Shown here piece after piece: positions 8,424-17,639 of a DNA stretch of 64,000 bases. The notes below the pieces were generated by a model. It had not been told where the DNA came from and searched no databases. It saw only the letters and a list, made by a program, of their open reading frames with translations. The stretch is from positions 43 to 64,042 of the forward strand of contig JAVEYA010000001.1 of the NCBI GenBank assembly GCA_034003745.1, read 5' to 3'. Position numbers and translations under genes: made by a program. How positions within the stretch are numbered: position 1 is the stretch's first letter; each line of letters begins with the position of its first letter. The DNA comes from Clostridia bacterium (GTDB lineage Bacteria; Bacillota; Peptococcia; DRI-13; PHAD01).

Positions 8424-9104
8424 CTAACGATTGTCTTCTCCCCCTTCTTTAGATATTAACGGCAACTCGGCTCCCAATTCCGCAAAAGCTCTGGTAATGG
8501 TGGTTTTGGTAATACGGCCGATGACCTCCAAGCCTTCCTTGCCATCCTGGCAAACCCGCCGGACCACCGGCAAAGAATCAATTTCATGATTCATTAATTT
8601 CCGGGCGGCCAGCATTAGCGTATCTTCCGGTTTTACCGTAACGACATTCGGCATTCTGGTCATAATTACGGTAATGGGTACCTTGTGGATATCCGCCTGG
8701 CCCAGGGCAACTTTCAGCAAATCCTTGCGCGAGACGACACCTTCCAGAAGACCGCCGGCTTTGACCACAAAGAGACTGCCGGTATCCATCATAAACAGCG
8801 TAACGATAGCGTCATAGGCCGTCGCGTTCTCACTGACAACGGCAGGAATTGCTTTCCAGTCATTAACCTTCAGTTTATTGACGGTTTCCTGTAACTGAAA
8901 GTTCGTGCCCTTGCCGGTAAAATAATACCCTACACGGGGGCGCGCTTCCAAAAAACCGCTTCTGGTCAATACGGCCAAATCCGGTCTTAAGGTAGCGCGC
9001 ACATAACCCAAGATATCGGCGATTTCCTCGCCTTTGATCGGTCCCTGTTCCTTCACTATGGTGATGATCTTTTCCTGTCGTTCTGAGAGCTGAATCTCTT
9101 TCAC
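8424..9104 (-). CDS. ccpN: Transcriptional repressor CcpN (HTH + 2 CBS domains)
   Basis: LSERQEKIITIVKEQGPIKGEEIADILGYVRATLRPDLAVLTRSGFLEARPRVGYYFTGK is near-identical in pattern to B. subtilis CcpN. The ccpN-yqfL gene order is conserved. Confidence 0.9.
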   Translation of the reverse strand: MKEIQLSERQEKIITIVKEQGPIKGEEIADILGYVRATLRPDLAVLTRSGFLEARPRVGYYFTGKGTNFQLQETVNKLKVNDWKAIPAVVSENATAYDAIVTLFMMDTGSLFVVKAGGLLEGVVSRKDLLKVALGQADIHKVPITVIMTRMPNVVTVKPEDTLMLAARKLMNHEIDSLPVVRRVCQDGKEGLEVIGRITKTTITRAFAELGAELPLISKEGGEDNR

Positions 9105-9214
9105 CCCCTCATGAACACATTAAATACATCTATATGATATACTATTTACGTCATACATCGCAATAATGTTACTCTATTTTATTAATAGTTAAATTATATT
9201 ATACTTATCGGTAT

Positions 9215-11305
9215 TTATTGTGAAACGATCTTACTCAAATCACCGACCTGCTGCGAAAGATGCACTACTTTTTTCAACAGGGCCAATCGATTGTCACGGA
9301 CTCTTTCATCTTCCACCATGACCATGGTTTCATTAAAGAATTGGGCAATCGGGCCGCCCAGCGAAGACAGGAGCTGAATCACCCCGGCATAATCCCTGCT
9401 TGCGGCCAGCGCCTGAATACGCCCTTCGATACTCGTAATCTGTTTGTATAGTTCCTGCTCGGCCGCCTCTGTTAAAAGCGCTTCCTCCACCGTCACCCCG
9501 GCGGATTTCTTCGTCAGGTTATAGGCCCGGGTAAAAGAGGTCAAAAGCTCCATAAAACCAGTGTTTTCTTTCAGTCTGCTCAAGGCCTCCGCCCGGGAGA
9601 GCGTATCCATCAGCAAATTATAGTCCACGCCCAATACGGCGTCGGCCACGTCATAGCGGTGTCCTTCCTCGCTCAGGATGTTCCGGACCCTGGCCTGGAA
9701 GAACTCTTTGATTTTGCTTATGCCGGACTCTCCCAACCGTTCCGGAGGCAGAATCTCCGCATAATTATTTAAGGCCAGAGCAATCAGTTCATCCAGAGCC
9801 AACTCAAATTTATGCCCGATGATGGTCAGGCAGACGCCCATAGCCTGACGGCGCAGAGCATAGGGATCCTGGGAGCCGGTCGGCTCGATGCCTACAGCAA
9901 AGCAGCCGGTAATGGTATCCAGTTTATCGGCTATGCTGACCAGTGCGCCGGCCAGGCTTGGCGGAACAGCGTCGCCGGCAAAGCGCGGCTGGTAATGCTC
10001 CTTAATCGCATCTGCCACTTCCTGTCCCTCACCGGAGAGCAGCGCATAATAGCGTCCCATGATGCCCTGCAGTTCCGGGAATTCATAAACCATATTCGTA
10101 ACCAAATCCGCCTTGGCCAGCTCCGCCGCCCGAAGGGACTGTTGTTTTTGCGCATCGGTTAAGTCTAAAAGACGGGCGATAGCCTCAACATTTTTAACGT
10201 TGCGCGCCACTTTTTGGGCAACGGTGCCCAGACTTTCCTGGAAGACGATTTTTTCCAACCTGGGCAGGTAGCCCGCCAGGTTTTGCTTCTTGTCTTCTTC
10301 CCAGAAAAAGCGGGCATCCGCAAGTCTTGCTTTGAGCACCTTTTCATTCCCTGCCCGCACAATCTCCAGGAATCTATCATCGCCATTCCTTACTGTGACA
10401 AAATAGTTGAGCAGCTTCCCGTCTTGGGAGCGCACCGGAAAATAGCGCTGGTGCTCGCGCATCGGCGTAATAATGACTTCATCCGGCATGGTCAGGTAGT
10501 CTGCGTCAAATGTCCCGCCCAAGGCGGTCGGCCACTCCAACAGATAAGTCACTTCATTCAGTAACTCTTCATCTTCTTCCACGTTCCCGCCGAGTTCCGC
10601 CGCCGTCGCTTGTATCTGCCGCCAGCATTCCGCACGGCGTTTTTCCTGGTCGGCGAGTACATACGCTTGCTCCAATTGCTCCAGATAGGACAGCGGGTCG
10701 GTGATCGTCAGACTTTCTTGGCCCAGGATACGGTGGCCCCGGGAAACCTGACCGGCAGTCAGCCCGGCCAGCTCAAAGGGGATGACTTCCCGGTCCAATA
10801 AGGAAACCAGCCAGCGGATGGGGCGGGCGAACCGCATCTCCTGGGCGGCCCAGCGCATTGGCTTGGGGAAATTTAAAGCGCCAATGAGCTGACAGGCAAT
10901 TTCCGGCAAGACCTCCCGTGTGGCCTGTCCTTTGATTTCTTTTTGGGCATACACATATTCCGCACCGCCCAGATTCTTCAAATACAACGCTTCCACCGTC
11001 ACGCCCTGGCCCCGGGCGAATCCTTCCGCCGCCTTGGTCGGCCGGCCGTCCGGCGCATAAGCCGCCTTTTTGGCCGGGCCCTTGACTTCTTCCGTGACGT
11101 CTTCTCCTTTATCCGCCAGACCATACGCCAATAAAGCAATGCGGCGCGGCGTGCCGTAAATCTTAATTTCCTGACAGGCGATGCGGCGTTCGCTGAACTG
11201 TTTCTCCGCCAAATCCTGCAGTTGTGTCAAAATGCCGCTCATAAATTTAGCCGGGATCTCTTCTGTGCCGATTTCCAATAAATAATTACTCCTCTTGTTG
11301 CTCAT
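9215..11305 (-). CDS. glyS: Glycine--tRNA ligase beta subunit
   Basis: 696 aa with N-terminus [15 protein letters not shown]. It overlaps the glyQ stop by 4 nt. Confidence 0.96.
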   Translation of the reverse strand: MSNKRSNYLLEIGTEEIPAKFMSGILTQLQDLAEKQFSERRIACQEIKIYGTPRRIALLAYGLADKGEDVTEEVKGPAKKAAYAPDGRPTKAAEGFARGQGVTVEALYLKNLGGAEYVYAQKEIKGQATREVLPEIACQLIGALNFPKPMRWAAQEMRFARPIRWLVSLLDREVIPFELAGLTAGQVSRGHRILGQESLTITDPLSYLEQLEQAYVLADQEKRRAECWRQIQATAAELGGNVEEDEELLNEVTYLLEWPTALGGTFDADYLTMPDEVIITPMREHQRYFPVRSQDGKLLNYFVTVRNGDDRFLEIVRAGNEKVLKARLADARFFWEEDKKQNLAGYLPRLEKIVFQESLGTVAQKVARNVKNVEAIARLLDLTDAQKQQSLRAAELAKADLVTNMVYEFPELQGIMGRYYALLSGEGQEVADAIKEHYQPRFAGDAVPPSLAGALVSIADKLDTITGCFAVGIEPTGSQDPYALRRQAMGVCLTIIGHKFELALDELIALALNNYAEILPPERLGESGISKIKEFFQARVRNILSEEGHRYDVADAVLGVDYNLLMDTLSRAEALSRLKENTGFMELLTSFTRAYNLTKKSAGVTVEEALLTEAAEQELYKQITSIEGRIQALAASRDYAGVIQLLSSLGGPIAQFFNETMVMVEDERVRDNRLALLKKVVHLSQQVGDLSKIVSQ

Positions 11306-12225
11306 CTTGAAGCCTCCTCTTCCTGCCTGTCTAAGCCAAGCTCCGCACGCTTTGCCTTATCCTTCAGAAGCGGAAAACCTAAGTTTTCGCGCTGCTTTAT
11401 GTATCCTTGCGCGCAGGACCGGGCCATATTTCTGACTCTGGTAATATAGCCGGTCCGTTCCGTCACGCTGATGGCGCCCCGGGCGTCCAGCAGGTTAAAG
11501 GTGTGCGAGCATTTTAAGACATAATCGTAAGCCGGCTGCACCAAACCCAGTTCAATCACGCGCAAAGCCTCTTTTTCATAGTCGTCGAAATGCTTGAACA
11601 GCATCGCTGTATCGGCTACCGTAAAATTGTAGTGGGAATAATCCACTTCTCCCTGGTGGTGGACGTCGCCATAGCTGATGCCTTCCACCCACGCAATATC
11701 ATAAACGCTCTCCTTCTCCTGAATGAACATAGCGATTCTTTCCAGGCCGTAGGTGATCTCGCCGGAAACAGGCCGGCAGTCTAGTCCCCCACACTGCTGG
11801 AAATAGGTGAACTGGGTCACTTCCATCCCGTCCAGCCAGACTTCCCAGCCCAGCCCCCATGCGCCTAAAGTGGGGGACTCCCAATTATCCTCCACAAATC
11901 TGATATCATGCTGCAAAAGATCTATCCCTAATGCTTTCAGGCTTTCCAGGTAGATTTCCTGGATATTGTCGGGGGACGGCTTTAAGATGACCTGGTATTG
12001 ATAATAGTGCTGCAAACGGTTGGGGTTTTCGCCGTAGCGTCCGTCCGTGGGACGGCGGGACGGCTCCACATAGGCGACATTCCACGGCTCCGGGCCCAGT
12101 GCCCGCAGAAAGGTGGCCGGGTTCATCGTGCCGGCGCCCTTCTCCAGATCGTACGGCTGCGTAATGATGCAGCCCCTCTTCCCCCAGAATTTGTTCAATG
12201 TTAGGATAATTTCCTGGAAATTCAT
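11302..12225 (-). CDS. glyQ: Glycine--tRNA ligase alpha subunit
   Basis: [41 protein letters not shown]. The ATG at 12225 follows AAAGGAGAGAG; the track start at 12273 lies inside the T-box terminator. Confidence 0.96.
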   Translation of the reverse strand: MNFQEIILTLNKFWGKRGCIITQPYDLEKGAGTMNPATFLRALGPEPWNVAYVEPSRRPTDGRYGENPNRLQHYYQYQVILKPSPDNIQEIYLESLKALGIDLLQHDIRFVEDNWESPTLGAWGLGWEVWLDGMEVTQFTYFQQCGGLDCRPVSGEITYGLERIAMFIQEKESVYDIAWVEGISYGDVHHQGEVDYSHYNFTVADTAMLFKHFDDYEKEALRVIELGLVQPAYDYVLKCSHTFNLLDARGAISVTERTGYITRVRNMARSCAQGYIKQRENLGFPLLKDKAKRAELGLDRQEEEASR

Positions 12226-12239
12226 ATATCTCTCTCCTT

Positions 12240-12521
12240 TATTAAAATATATAATCCCGTCCACATGCAGCATATGCTGCAGGGACGGGATTATAATCCC
12301 GCGGTTCCACCCTGCTTGGCCGCCGGCTCATCCTCTGCCGGCCGCCCGCTTTAATATTTAATTGTCAGACTCCGGGGCGCCACAGCTCTTCCTCCCGGCC
12401 GGGCTTCCACCGTCCCCGGCTCGCTTTGTTCAGGACTCAAAAGAGACTCTCCCCTTCATTGTCTTAACACCCTTGTAATACTTTCATACATAATTTAACC
12501 TGCCTCACAGGGACTTGTCAA
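12240..12521 (-). promoter_or_regulatory. Promoter plus T-box riboswitch leader of glyQS
   Basis: Minus-strand elements:
- Promoter: TTGACA (12516-12521), 17 nt, then TTAAAT (12493-12498).
- Stem I-like GAAGGGGAGAGTC.
- T-box sequence AAGCAGGGTGGAACCGCGGGA (about 12297-12317).
- Terminator ATAATCCCGTCC...GGACGGGATTAT followed by ATATTTTAAT (12244-12294).
- A GGC triplet (..CTGTGGCGCC..) in the 3' half of stem I. Its assignment as the specifier codon is tentative. Confidence 0.85.
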
Positions 12522-12545
12522 CCGGAAAAAGGCCGTCAATTATCA

Positions 12546-12992
12546 TCAATGTTCGGGCGGTTCATCCTCTTTTCCCAGGAAGTCCAAACCGTGCTCTTCC
12601 ACTTTGCCGTCATCATAGACGATTTCCAGCCTGTAATTATTAATCAGGGCGGCTACCGTTCCCACCACGCCAATCAGCGCCAGCGGCGGAATCATAATCG
12701 CGCCGCCGATACCGAGAACACTTACGGTTGCGGACAGTTCAAAGACGACCTTATCTTCTTTTTTCAGCCGTACTTTGGTCACATTGCCCTTCTTCACCAG
12801 CTCTTTCATGTATTCATACAGTTGCTGGGTCTTTTCCTCCAGCTTGTTATCCTTTTTCCTGCTTTTCTCATTTTCCATTTCGATCAGGGTCTGCACTACA
12901 TCGCCGTTATTACGGTCCAAAGCCTCTTTGGCCTGCTGATAAGAAACATTCATCCGCTCTCTGATGGCGTCGATTTTTTTCAATTCATCCAC
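12546..12992 (-). CDS. DUF4342-type protein with an N-terminal UBA/EF-Ts-like helix bundle
   Basis: The N-terminus, IDAIRERMNVSYQQAKEALDRNNGDVVQTLIEME, is UBA-like. The C-terminus, VRLKKEDKVVFELSATVSVLGIGGAIMIPPLALIG, fits the pattern I recall for DUF4342. Confidence 0.6.
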   Translation of the reverse strand: MDELKKIDAIRERMNVSYQQAKEALDRNNGDVVQTLIEMENEKSRKKDNKLEEKTQQLYEYMKELVKKGNVTKVRLKKEDKVVFELSATVSVLGIGGAIMIPPLALIGVVGTVAALINNYRLEIVYDDGKVEEHGLDFLGKEDEPPEH

Positions 12993-13054
12993 GGCTTACA
13001 CCTCCATATCCTTACTGCTCTTACTTACTATAATATATCCCTTTTGCCGATTCG

Positions 13055-13807
13055 TCACTCATTCATTATCATTTTCATGATCGCCCGTGATTTCAGCGGG
13101 CGCTCCAGCTGTTCCAGCAAGACCTCCCCGATGGATTCTTCCAATATGCTCGAACCGCGCAGGGTAACCTTGATTCTCGCGGTTTTGGTTAAGTCCATTT
13201 TGGCTAATTGCTGCCAGACCAACAAGGCCTCCTGGGAAAAAACGCCCGGCGGATAAGGGCTTTGCACCTGCGAACAGGCTGGGCACAAGACTCCTCCTTG
13301 TCTCGCCGAAAAAAAGGGTTGCTGATCGCTTAGATCGCGGCCGCAGACCACGCACCTGTCCAGGCACGGCGCATATCCAAGGAGCGTCAACAGTTTAATT
13401 TCCATAGCCCGGACGGTCAAATCCGACGGAGACAGGCACAAGATATGAAATCCCGCCAGCGCCAGGTTGAAGACATCCGTATCCGCTTCCCCCTCTACTG
13501 TCAACGCTTCCAGGAGCTCGCTCCAGTAAGCGGCCGCCGTCATCGCCCGGATATCATCCTGCAGCGGCGTAAAGGCCTCCAGACTCTGGCTTTGGGTCAC
13601 CACATCCAGATTGCGTCCGGCGGAAAGCAGCATATCATTTTGCGTAAAGGGCTGCACGCCTCCCCTTAATTTACTCTGGGGTTTGCGCGCCCCTTTGGCA
13701 ATAGCGGGTACTTTTCCTTTTTCCCGGGTTAAAAGAGTAAGGAGGCTGTCTGCCTCCAGGTATTTTCTACTGCGTAAAATCAAAGCTTCCGTACGGTAGA
13801 GCGCCAA
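13055..13807 (-). CDS. recO: DNA repair protein RecO
   Basis: LALYRTEALILRSRKYLEADSLLTLLTREKGKVPAIAKGARKPQSKLRGGVQPF, plus a Cys4 zinc motif CVVCG...CPAC. I prefer the TTG at 13807 (GGGGTGA RBS, N-terminal length matching B. subtilis RecO) over the track start at 13858. Confidence 0.88.
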   Translation of the reverse strand: MALYRTEALILRSRKYLEADSLLTLLTREKGKVPAIAKGARKPQSKLRGGVQPFTQNDMLLSAGRNLDVVTQSQSLEAFTPLQDDIRAMTAAAYWSELLEALTVEGEADTDVFNLALAGFHILCLSPSDLTVRAMEIKLLTLLGYAPCLDRCVVCGRDLSDQQPFFSARQGGVLCPACSQVQSPYPPGVFSQEALLVWQQLAKMDLTKTARIKVTLRGSSILEESIGEVLLEQLERPLKSRAIMKMIMNE

Positions 13808-13814
13808 CTTGTCT

Positions 13815-13949
13815 TCACCCCAATTTACGCTTAAAGCGCAGCTTTCCGGCATAATCATCTGTTTCCCCGATCAGATTCTTGAATAAAAGATAGGCGCCGA
13901 TTCTGCCGGTGGAGCTAAAATAGCTCCAAAAAAATTTGTTTTTATTCAT
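13815..13949 (-). CDS. yqzL: YqzL-family small protein (44 aa)
   Basis: Not in the ORF track (under 60 aa). ATG at 13949, TGA at 13815-13817. Translation: MNKNKFFWSYFSSTGRIGAYLLFKNLIGETDDYAGKLRFKRKLG. The motif W..F..TG.I..YLLFK and the position just upstream of recO match B. subtilis yqzL. Confidence 0.7.
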   Translation of the reverse strand: MNKNKFFWSYFSSTGRIGAYLLFKNLIGETDDYAGKLRFKRKLG

Positions 13950-14029
13950 TTTGGCATCATATCCTTTCACGAAGAAAGCTTTCGTCTTCTATTATAACTG
14001 TATCAGCTAAAAACACAACTTTTGAGCCT

Positions 14030-14062
14030 TACCAAAAAAAGGCCTATTCGGCCTTTTTTGTT
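14030..14062 (-). terminator. Intrinsic terminator overlapping the deoC stop codon
   Basis: The minus strand reads AAAAAAGGCCGAATAGGCCTTTTTTTGG: a GGCC/GGCC stem with flanking A and T runs. It is bidirectional in form. Confidence 0.7.
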
Positions 14063-14718
14063 ACGATCGCAACTCCGCTGCTGGCTCCAAGTCTATCTGC
14101 TCCGGCTTGAAGGAGTTCTTCCGCTGTCTCCCGTGTCCTGATGCCGCCGGAGGCTTTAATTTTGGCCCGTCCTTTTAACGCCGCCGCCAGCAGCCGGATG
14201 TCTTGCACTGTCGCTCCGCCGCCGCCCAGGCCGGTGGACGTTTTCACATAGTCCGCTCCGGCTTTTACAACCAGTTCGCAAGCCAGAACTTTTTCCTCAT
14301 CTGTCAATAACGCTGTTTCAATAATCACTTTGAACGCGGTTCCGGGAAACTTTCGCGAAACCACCGTTACAGATCCGATTTCCCGTAGGAGATATTCCGT
14401 ATTCTTGTCTTTTAAGGCGCCGATGTTCATGACCATATCTACTTCCGCCGCGCCTTGGGCAAAGGCTTTTTCCGCTTCAAAAACTTTAGTCTCTATCAGA
14501 TTAGCTCCCAAGGGAAAGCCGATTACCGTCGCAGTCAGAACACCTGACCCCGCTAATTCCTGTCCGCATAATTCTACATAACAGGGTTGAACGCATACTG
14601 CCTTGAAGCCATATTGGCGTGCTTCAGCGCAAAGTTTTATGATCATCTCTGCAGTAGCCTCAGGCTTTAAAAGGGTATGATCGATGCGCTGAGCCAGCTC
14701 CTGATTCGTATAACCCAT
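14044..14718 (-). CDS. deoC: Deoxyribose-phosphate aldolase
   Basis: 224 aa. IDHTLLKPEAT, VCVQPCYV, and the Schiff-base lysine context VKTSTG / KASGGIRT. Confidence 0.93.
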   Translation of the reverse strand: MGYTNQELAQRIDHTLLKPEATAEMIIKLCAEARQYGFKAVCVQPCYVELCGQELAGSGVLTATVIGFPLGANLIETKVFEAEKAFAQGAAEVDMVMNIGALKDKNTEYLLREIGSVTVVSRKFPGTAFKVIIETALLTDEEKVLACELVVKAGADYVKTSTGLGGGGATVQDIRLLAAALKGRAKIKASGGIRTRETAEELLQAGADRLGASSGVAIVTKKAE

Positions 14719-14733
14719 TACAGCACCCTCGCC

Positions 14734-16101
14734 TTATATCAGATATGCGATCAAAACGGTGGCCAGGGCGGAATAAATCACCAGCCCCGTGATATCAATC
14801 GCGGTAGAGATAAAGGGAGCCGAAGCCACCGCCGGGTCAATACCGATGCGGCGGAATAAAAGCGGGACCAGGGTACCCATCGTCGCCGCCGTCAGCATAT
14901 TGCCCATCATGGCCAAACCGACCACCAGGCCCAGCATCGGCTTATGCTGCCACCACGAAGCAACCCCGCCCACAATGAGTCCCAGAATAGCCCCGATGGC
15001 CAGACCGGTCAGCGCTTCACGCAGTATAACTCTGACGATATCCTCATTCTTGATTTGCCCGGTGGCGATTCCGCGCACAGTCACCGTAGAGGATTGGGTG
15101 CCCACATTGCCGCCCATGCCGGTCAGCAAAGGAATGAAAAAGGCCAGTGCAACCACCGCGCTGATTTGACCGGAAAAGCGGCTCAGAATTTGCCCTGAAA
15201 CCAGTCCCCCCAGCATAGTGATAAAGAGCCAGGGTAATCTTGCTTTCAAAGAGGACCTGAACCGCTCAAAAAATTCCTCTTCCTCCTCACCCGCTTCGCC
15301 GGCGGCGCCGGCCAAACGGTAGATATCCTCGGAGGCCTCTTCATGGATAACGTCGATAACGTCGTCAACCGTAATAATTCCCTGCAGGGATTTTTCGCGG
15401 TCGACTACCGGTACAGCCAAAAAGTTATATTTGGCAACAATGCGGGCGACTTCTTCCTGGTCCATATCCACCGGTACGCTGACCACATTGCGGCGCATAA
15501 TCTCATGAATCAGGGATTCAGGCGCGGCAATAATCAGCTCGCGCAGCGAAATAACGCCCACCAGCTGATTCTCCACATTAATGACATAAACATAATAAAC
15601 AGTCTCCGCGTCCGGCGCCGTCTCCCGGAGCACTTCTATGGCCTTGCCCGCAGTGATGTCTTCCCGAATGGCGACATACTCATACGTCATCAAGCCGCCG
15701 GCCGTATCCTCGGGATACCGCATCAATTCGCGGACGTCTTCCTGATCGCCGCTTTCCATCAGGTCCAGATACCGGTTCTGTTCCCGGTCAGGCATCTCGG
15801 AGAGCAAATCGGCCGCGTCATCCAGCGGCATCTCTTCGAGTATTTCCAAGGCGCGCTCTTCGTTCAGTAAAGCCAACAACTCGCTGCCCAACTCCGGGTC
15901 AAGTTCATTGATAACCAGCGCGGCTGTTTCATTATCCAATAAAGTAACCAGCCAATGCTGTTCTTCGGTCTCGTACTCTTCCAACAGCTCGGCGATATCA
16001 GCCGGCTGCAGGGCAGCCAGTTCTTCCTTTACCTGCTGAGCGGCTCTTTGCGCTACGAAATCATCCAGGCGCCGGAGCAACTCTTTGTCTTCAGTGTGCA
16101 T
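14734..16101 (-). CDS. mgtE: Magnesium transporter MgtE
   Basis: It has an N-domain, tandem CBS domains, and a C-terminal membrane domain (GGNVGTQSSTVTVRG). The ATG at 16101 follows AGGAGG. Confidence 0.95.
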   Translation of the reverse strand: MHTEDKELLRRLDDFVAQRAAQQVKEELAALQPADIAELLEEYETEEQHWLVTLLDNETAALVINELDPELGSELLALLNEERALEILEEMPLDDAADLLSEMPDREQNRYLDLMESGDQEDVRELMRYPEDTAGGLMTYEYVAIREDITAGKAIEVLRETAPDAETVYYVYVINVENQLVGVISLRELIIAAPESLIHEIMRRNVVSVPVDMDQEEVARIVAKYNFLAVPVVDREKSLQGIITVDDVIDVIHEEASEDIYRLAGAAGEAGEEEEEFFERFRSSLKARLPWLFITMLGGLVSGQILSRFSGQISAVVALAFFIPLLTGMGGNVGTQSSTVTVRGIATGQIKNEDIVRVILREALTGLAIGAILGLIVGGVASWWQHKPMLGLVVGLAMMGNMLTAATMGTLVPLLFRRIGIDPAVASAPFISTAIDITGLVIYSALATVLIAYLI

Positions 16102-16454
16102 CACGCATGCTTCCTCCTTTTACGGGAAGCATAAAAAAAGTGGCGTTCCGGAATTATGCCCCCCGCTGCTATTTTTCTTCCTGAAGTTTGAACGTATGAC
16201 TACTAGGGGGGTATGCATCCACAAAAACCACCTCCGGCATATCTTCATAAAAAGCTTAATAACACAGGTTTACTCTACCAGACTTATATTTACAGTGTCA
16301 AGAAGTCCGGGTCTTTTTTTATCGGCGCTGTTACAGAAGCGCTGCCGTATTTTTAATAATATATTATCTATTTTTTCGATTTTACTTAAATATTTTTCTA
16401 CATATTTAAAATATCTTAAAACTTTTAGTCAAATGTCTTCAGCGTTCATTAAAA

Positions 16455-17627
16455 CTACCTTTCTTGAAAAATCCTGCCGCCTCTGCCTGCTTTCCGTTCC
16501 GGAAAGCGGCATAAAGCCGCGCTGAGAAGGGCCGTCGCCGGCACAGCCAAAAAAAGTCCGATACTGCCGGAAAAAGCACGGATTACCTCGCTCGCTATCG
16601 TATCCAAATTAATATATTTAAGATAGGGAATATTATTTGCCATCAAGAGCAGCATCAGGGAAAGCGAGCCGCCTGTATAAGCCAGAATCAAGGTATTGGA
16701 CATCGTGCCGATGATATCCCGTCCGATATTCAATCCGCTTCTGAATAATTGCCCAAAAGTCAGCTCCGGTTTAACACAATGGATTTCACTGAGCGCAGAA
16801 GAAATGGACATGGCTACGTCCATGACCGCGCCCAAGGAACCGATAACGATACCGGCAAAAAGAATTCCTGTAAAATCAAGCTTCCCTTCCGCATAGGTAA
16901 AGAAAAAGAGCCGTCCTTCTTCCGAGCCGAGTCCGTTTACGCGGGTCAGATAAATCATGTACTTGGCCAAAAGCCCGCCCAATACGACCCCAATGATGGT
17001 TCCGGAAATGGCTGCCAGGGATTTTTTGGTGAAGCCGGAAATCAGCATATGGGTAATAATCGTAATCAGCGCACTGACTATAACCGAGACAACAATGGGA
17101 TTTTTACCCGCCAAAATGGCAGGTAATAGTATTGTGATCACTGCCCACCCTGTAAAAATCAAAGACAGCAACGTTTTTACACCTTGCCTGTGCCCAATCA
17201 GGATAATGCATAAGGCAAATGCAACGATCAGGACATACAAGTATATTTCCCGGGAAGGGCTGGAAATATAGGCTTCCTTCAGGACAAAATCCTCCACTTC
17301 CAGGCTGAGCACAACCTCATCCCCCGTAAAAACGGAAAAATCATAGGCCGGATTACTGCCTTCATAATGAATACAGGTGACCTGACGCCCCCTGAACTCG
17401 CCTTTGCTGATTTCAACCTGCACCTCATACTGCTTTTCCTCAGGGACAAACCTTTCTTCTTCCGGAATGTCCATTTCCCGGACGCTTAGCACTTTTCCCT
17501 TGGTCAAAACTTCCGTTTCCATGTTTCCGCTGTACTGAAGATTCTCGCTATAAAAATAACCGGCTGCCAAAAGCACAATACAAATGATATAGGCAGCCGT
17601 TTTCTGCAATATTTCCCTCTTGGGCAT
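16455..17627 (-). CDS. YibE/F-family integral membrane protein
   Basis: An N-terminal anchor and extracytoplasmic domain are followed by about 7 TM segments. The overall pattern fits YibE/F. The ATG at 17627 lies 8 nt after AGGAG. Confidence 0.6.
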   Translation of the reverse strand: MPKREILQKTAAYIICIVLLAAGYFYSENLQYSGNMETEVLTKGKVLSVREMDIPEEERFVPEEKQYEVQVEISKGEFRGRQVTCIHYEGSNPAYDFSVFTGDEVVLSLEVEDFVLKEAYISSPSREIYLYVLIVAFALCIILIGHRQGVKTLLSLIFTGWAVITILLPAILAGKNPIVVSVIVSALITIITHMLISGFTKKSLAAISGTIIGVVLGGLLAKYMIYLTRVNGLGSEEGRLFFFTYAEGKLDFTGILFAGIVIGSLGAVMDVAMSISSALSEIHCVKPELTFGQLFRSGLNIGRDIIGTMSNTLILAYTGGSLSLMLLLMANNIPYLKYINLDTIASEVIRAFSGSIGLFLAVPATALLSAALCRFPERKAGRGGRIFQER

Positions 17628-17639
17628 GCTCAACACTCC

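Noticed and set aside
13059-13367. 102-aa alternative-frame minus-strand ORF inside recO.
   Set aside because: The RecO frame is strongly supported (zinc motif, conserved N-terminus). The alternative frame is R/G/P-rich noise.
16102-16454. M-box (ykoK) Mg2+ riboswitch upstream of mgtE.
   Set aside because: It would be expected from context, but none of the conserved M-box core strings could be found by eye on the minus strand. I kept it as an open question in the findings rather than calling it as a feature.
16085-16525. 146-aa plus-strand ORF in the mgtE / yibE-F intergenic region.
   Set aside because: It starts inside mgtE on the antisense strand, crosses AT-rich non-coding DNA, and ends inside the yibE/F gene. 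Its composition is low-complexity and it has no RBS.
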